This document shows, piece after piece, positions 35,367 through 38,664 of a DNA stretch of 38,664 nt; position 1 is the first letter of the stretch; every line of letters begins with the position of its first letter. The position numbers and the translations under genes are program-made. Source of the DNA: Clostridia bacterium (GTDB lineage: Bacteria; Bacillota; Clostridia; Lutisporales; Lutisporaceae); the NCBI GenBank assembly GCA_029256365.1, contig JAQSYB010000002.1, forward strand, positions 1 through 38,664. Reading direction: 5' to 3'. The notes under the pieces are model-generated. The model worked only from the letters and a program-made list of their open reading frames with translations. It searched no databases and was not told the DNA's origin.

Positions 35367-36359
35367 TTGAAGAAGATTTTAGTAATTACTCTTATCGTTT
35401 CATTAATGGCAGCATTGTTTACTGGTTGCAGCCAGCCTGCACCTGAAGCAACACCAGCACCAGCACCAACAGAGGAGAAGACAGTATACAAGGTTGCATA
35501 CATTGCAAGAGCACAAGCAGACTCCTTTGCAGCATGGATGGCAAATGCCGTTATTGAAGAAGCAGCAAAGTACGACAACATTAAGTTAGATGTATTTGAT
35601 GGTCAAGCATCAGACGATACTGAAAACTCATTAATCGAAAATGCAATCACAAACAAGTATGATGTAATCATCGTTCAACCGAACAATGGTGAAGCACAAA
35701 GACCTTACGTTGAGAAAGCAGTTGCTGCAGGTATCAAGGTTATTACAACAAATGCACGTATCAGCGGTATCGAAGGTTCATCCTCCGTTGACGCAGATCC
35801 ATACATGCAAGCAAAGGTTAATGCAGACTTAGCAGTTACACAAATCCCTCAAAATGCGAACGTAGTAGTATTGATGGGCCCTCCAGGAAACTTCCATGCT
35901 GACGCAAGACGTGAAAGTTGGAAGAAAGAGTTCTTCGAAAAGCGTCCTGATGTAAAGATCGTTGGAGAAGAAATTGCAAACTGGAACAAAGACGAAGCAA
36001 TGAACTATATGGAAACTTGGGTACAAGCAAATGACAAAATTGATGCAATCATAGCTATGAATGATAACATGGCTGCTGGTGCAATAGAAGTTGTTAAGGA
36101 CAATCCAAAGTTCAAGGGTATCCTTGCATATGGTGTTGACGGAACAGCAGAAGCAGCACTTTTAATCAAAGAAGGATTAATGACTTCAACAAGCTTACAA
36201 AGTGCATACGATCTTGCTACATCAATCCTAGACACAGCGAATAAGCTTGCAACTGGTGCAGAAACAGAAATCAACATGGATATCGATTGTCCATTGATCA
36301 CAAAGGACAATGTTGATCAGTACATTGAAATGCACAAGAAGGCTGGCGCAATAAAGTAA
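35367..36359 (+). CDS. Sugar-binding lipoprotein (RbsB-like, Peripla_BP_4 type)
   Basis: TTG start with AAGGGGGA upstream. Lipobox FTGC. Pro/Ala/Thr-rich linker followed by a type-I periplasmic binding fold. Confidence 0.85.
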   Translation: MKKILVITLIVSLMAALFTGCSQPAPEATPAPAPTEEKTVYKVAYIARAQADSFAAWMANAVIEEAAKYDNIKLDVFDGQASDDTENSLIENAITNKYDVIIVQPNNGEAQRPYVEKAVAAGIKVITTNARISGIEGSSSVDADPYMQAKVNADLAVTQIPQNANVVVLMGPPGNFHADARRESWKKEFFEKRPDVKIVGEEIANWNKDEAMNYMETWVQANDKIDAIIAMNDNMAAGAIEVVKDNPKFKGILAYGVDGTAEAALLIKEGLMTSTSLQSAYDLATSILDTANKLATGAETEINMDIDCPLITKDNVDQYIEMHKKAGAIK

Positions 36360-36386
36360 TATATTACAATCTATAAGTAAAACATT

Positions 36387-36413
36387 GGTACGCGAATGAA
36401 AAATTCGCGTACC
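36387..36413 (+). terminator. Hairpin after the ABC operon (weak terminator)
   Basis: 11-bp perfect stem ggtacgcgaat / attcgcgtacc with a 5-nt loop. The tail taaatttg is only moderately T-rich. Confidence 0.5.
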
Positions 36414-36532
36414 TAAATTTGTATTATCGGTTAATGTAAAAAATGCAGTATAAGTAATCTTAAAAAAAGTATTATAATGGACTTCCCTGGTCTTGAAATA
36501 TAAAAAAATGAATAATATGGAGGGCAATCAAT

Positions 36533-37573
36533 ATGAATAACAAAGCGATTTTTATGCACGGAACCAATCAAATGATATGGAAAGATGTTCCGGTGCCGGT
36601 TATAAAGGAAAATGAAGTACTTGTAAAAATTGAAGCAGTTGGAATCTGTGGTTCTGATGTTCACTATTTCCAACATGGAAGAATTGGCGACTTTGTAGTA
36701 GAGGGCGATTTTATACTAGGACATGAATGTGCTGGTGAGGTTGTTGAAGTTGGCAGCAGTGTGAAGAACTTAAAGATTGGTGACCGTGTTGCCTTAGAAC
36801 CAGGCAAAACCTGCGGCAAATGCGAGTTTTGCAAGACAGGACGCTATAATCTTTGTCCTGATGTAGAATTTTTTGCTACACCACCTTATCACGGGGTATT
36901 CACAAATTATGTATCACATCCAGAGGACATGTGCTTCAAGCTGCCAGAAAACGTTTCAAATGTAGAGGGTGCACTTGTTGAGCCCCTTGCTGTTGGACTC
37001 CACGCAACGGACATAGGCGGGGTAAAGCTTGGAGACACAGTTGTAATATATGGATCAGGCTGCATAGGCTTGGTAACATTGCTTGCAAGCAAAGCGAAGG
37101 GTGCTTCTAAGATTATATTGGTAGACGTTTTGAAGAATCGACTTGAGACTGCTATAAAGCTAGGTGCTACCCATGTTATTAATCCAATGGAGTCTGATGT
37201 GGTAAAAACAATCCATGAGATTACAGAAGGAAAAGGTGCTCATGTGGTAATTGACACTGCTGCAGCAGTTGTAACTGTTAAGCAGACTGTAGATGTCCTT
37301 AAAATCGGCGGTACAATTGTACTTGTTGGTATGACACCAAAGGATGAAGTGGAATTTAACTTTATGAAGCTAATGGGCAAGGAAGGCGTAGTAAAGACAA
37401 TTTTCCGTTACAGAAATCTTTATCCAGTAGCAATTAACGCAATTGCAAGCGGTGCCATCAATGTAAAGGATATTGTAAGTCATGAGTATGATTTTGAAGA
37501 TACAGAGGAAGCCTTCGATTTCGTAGTAAACAATGCGAAGGACGTTGTAAAGGCTGTAATAAAGATAAAATAA
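36533..37573 (+). CDS. Zn-dependent medium-chain polyol dehydrogenase (sorbitol/xylitol/L-iditol dehydrogenase family)
   Basis: GHECAGEVVEVG catalytic Zn motif, structural Zn cysteines CGKCEFCKTGRYNLC, and Rossmann GSGCIGL followed by LVDV (an Asp suggests NAD preference). Confidence 0.85.
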   Translation: MNNKAIFMHGTNQMIWKDVPVPVIKENEVLVKIEAVGICGSDVHYFQHGRIGDFVVEGDFILGHECAGEVVEVGSSVKNLKIGDRVALEPGKTCGKCEFCKTGRYNLCPDVEFFATPPYHGVFTNYVSHPEDMCFKLPENVSNVEGALVEPLAVGLHATDIGGVKLGDTVVIYGSGCIGLVTLLASKAKGASKIILVDVLKNRLETAIKLGATHVINPMESDVVKTIHEITEGKGAHVVIDTAAAVVTVKQTVDVLKIGGTIVLVGMTPKDEVEFNFMKLMGKEGVVKTIFRYRNLYPVAINAIASGAINVKDIVSHEYDFEDTEEAFDFVVNNAKDVVKAVIKIK

Positions 37574-37597
37574 TGATTTTGCGAAGGAAGGATAGCT

Positions 37598-38664
37598 ATG
37601 TATTTTATAGGGATTGATATAGGGACAACTTCGGTAAAGCTCATTGCTGTAGATGAAAAAGGCAATGTAGTAAAATCAGTTGGCAAAGAGTATCCGTTGT
37701 ACTTTCCAAAGCCCCTTTGGTCAGAACAAAATCCTGAGGACTGGTGGAAGCAAACGCTTGTTGGAATGAAGGAGCTTTTAGAAGGTCTTGATAAAGATGA
37801 AGTAAAAGCTTTGAGCTTCAGCGGGCAGATGCACGGGATGGTTGCACTGGATAAAAACGATCAAGTCATCAGACCTGCAATTCTTTGGAATGATCAAAGA
37901 ACAGAAAAAGAGTGCAGATACCTCAATGAGGAAATTGGACAAAAACGCATATCTGAGTGGACAGGGAATTTGGCTCTTACTGGCTTTACGGCTCCTAAGG
38001 TACTATGGCTGAAAGAAAATGAGCCGGAGAACTTTGCAAAAGTAAATAAAATCATGCTTCCAAAGGATTATATTGCATATAAAATATCCGGTGTATTTGC
38101 CACAGACATGTCTGATGCATCCGGCACCCTATACTTAGATGTAAAAAATAGAGCCTGGTCTAAGCCAATGCTAGAGCTATTAGGAATAACAGAAGATCAG
38201 CTGCCGAAGCTGTATGAATCCTATGAGGAAATCGGTACAATAAAACCGGATGTAGCAAAGGAATTGGGCCTAAACGACATGGTAAAGGTTGTAATCGGCG
38301 GCGGAGACCAAGCTGTTGCAGCAGTTGGCGGCGGCGTTGTGAAGCCTGAAACCTGCTCCTTGTCTCTAGGGACCTCCGGTGTTGTCTTTGCATCAACAAG
38401 TCAATTTTTTGTTGATGAAAAAAACAGCCTGCATTCCTTTTGTCATGCAAATGGAAAGTTCCATCTAATGGGCGTAACCCTAGCTGCAGCGGCATCATTG
38501 AAGTGGTGGGTTGAAGAAGTAAATCAATCAGAGGACTTTGACGGCATGTTGGCTGAGGCAGCAGAAGCTACTATAGATGATCATGTATTCTATTTGCCAT
38601 ATTTAATGGGTGAAAGAACACCTCACAATGATCCAAACTGCAGAGGAACCTTTATCGGCATGAA
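37598..38664 (+). CDS. xylB: Xylulokinase (FGGY family), 3' end outside the window
   Basis: Not in the ORF track. My own translation from ATG 37598 (RBS gaaggaagga) is open to the window end: MYFIGIDIGTTSVKLIAVDEKG...WSEQNPEDWW...SGQMHGMV...ILWNDQRT...GGGDQAVAAVGGG...PYLMGERTPHNDP. Confidence 0.88.
   Translation, partial: MYFIGIDIGTTSVKLIAVDEKGNVVKSVGKEYPLYFPKPLWSEQNPEDWWKQTLVGMKELLEGLDKDEVKALSFSGQMHGMVALDKNDQVIRPAILWNDQRTEKECRYLNEEIGQKRISEWTGNLALTGFTAPKVLWLKENEPENFAKVNKIMLPKDYIAYKISGVFATDMSDASGTLYLDVKNRAWSKPMLELLGITEDQLPKLYESYEEIGTIKPDVAKELGLNDMVKVVIGGGDQAVAAVGGGVVKPETCSLSLGTSGVVFASTSQFFVDEKNSLHSFCHANGKFHLMGVTLAAAASLKWWVEEVNQSEDFDGMLAEAAEATIDDHVFYLPYLMGERTPHNDPNCRGTFIGM

Noticed and set aside
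38160-38498. 112-aa minus-strand ORF rich in Arg/Gln/Leu
   Set aside because: It lies inside the xylulokinase reading frame, which has unmistakable FGGY motifs. This is an antisense shadow ORF.
1-38664. Mobile elements, CRISPR arrays, tRNA/rRNA genes, defence or toxin-antitoxin modules
   Set aside because: I found no transposase, integrase or recombinase motifs, no regularly spaced repeat arrays, no long inverted terminal repeats and no RNA-gene-like GC-rich islands. The gene content is metabolic, transport and signalling throughout.

Overview
AT-rich, low-GC Firmicutes (Clostridia-like) chromosomal segment. It is densely coding, almost all on the + strand, and all genes look intact. I saw no rRNA, tRNA, CRISPR array, transposase, integrase or phage genes. 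The content is five functional blocks. (1) 1-3315: the 3' end of a sensor kinase, an orphan acidic protein, a PAS-GAF-HD-GYP protein and an AraC-type regulator. (2) 3445-9793: an alpha-glucoside disaccharide operon with a CUT1 binding protein, two permeases, a GH65 phosphorylase and beta-phosphoglucomutase, but no ATPase gene. (3) 10130-21481: the most unusual block, an Opp/Dpp-type peptide importer interleaved with six enzymes for D-amino-acid or murein peptides (DAP-decarboxylase-like, D-aminoacylase-like, cytoplasmic class-A beta-lactamase fold, L-Ala-D/L-Glu epimerase, YkfC-like NlpC/P60, DppA D-aminopeptidase). It is split by one small antisense ORF of unknown function and preceded by a long leader carrying an orphan terminator. 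(4) 21640-27466: a GlnK/GlnL-like two-component system followed by a TAXI-TRAP transporter with its DUF1850 partner. (5) 27576-38664: a binding-protein/YesM/YesN three-component sugar sensor, an RbsACB-type ABC importer, a Zn-dependent polyol dehydrogenase and a xylulokinase that runs off the window and is absent from the ORF track. This block is a likely pentitol (xylitol or D-arabitol) utilisation locus. Several phased direct repeats in promoter regions and several hairpins after binding-protein genes are visible by eye. All functional calls come from motif recognition in the translated ORFs, with no database search.
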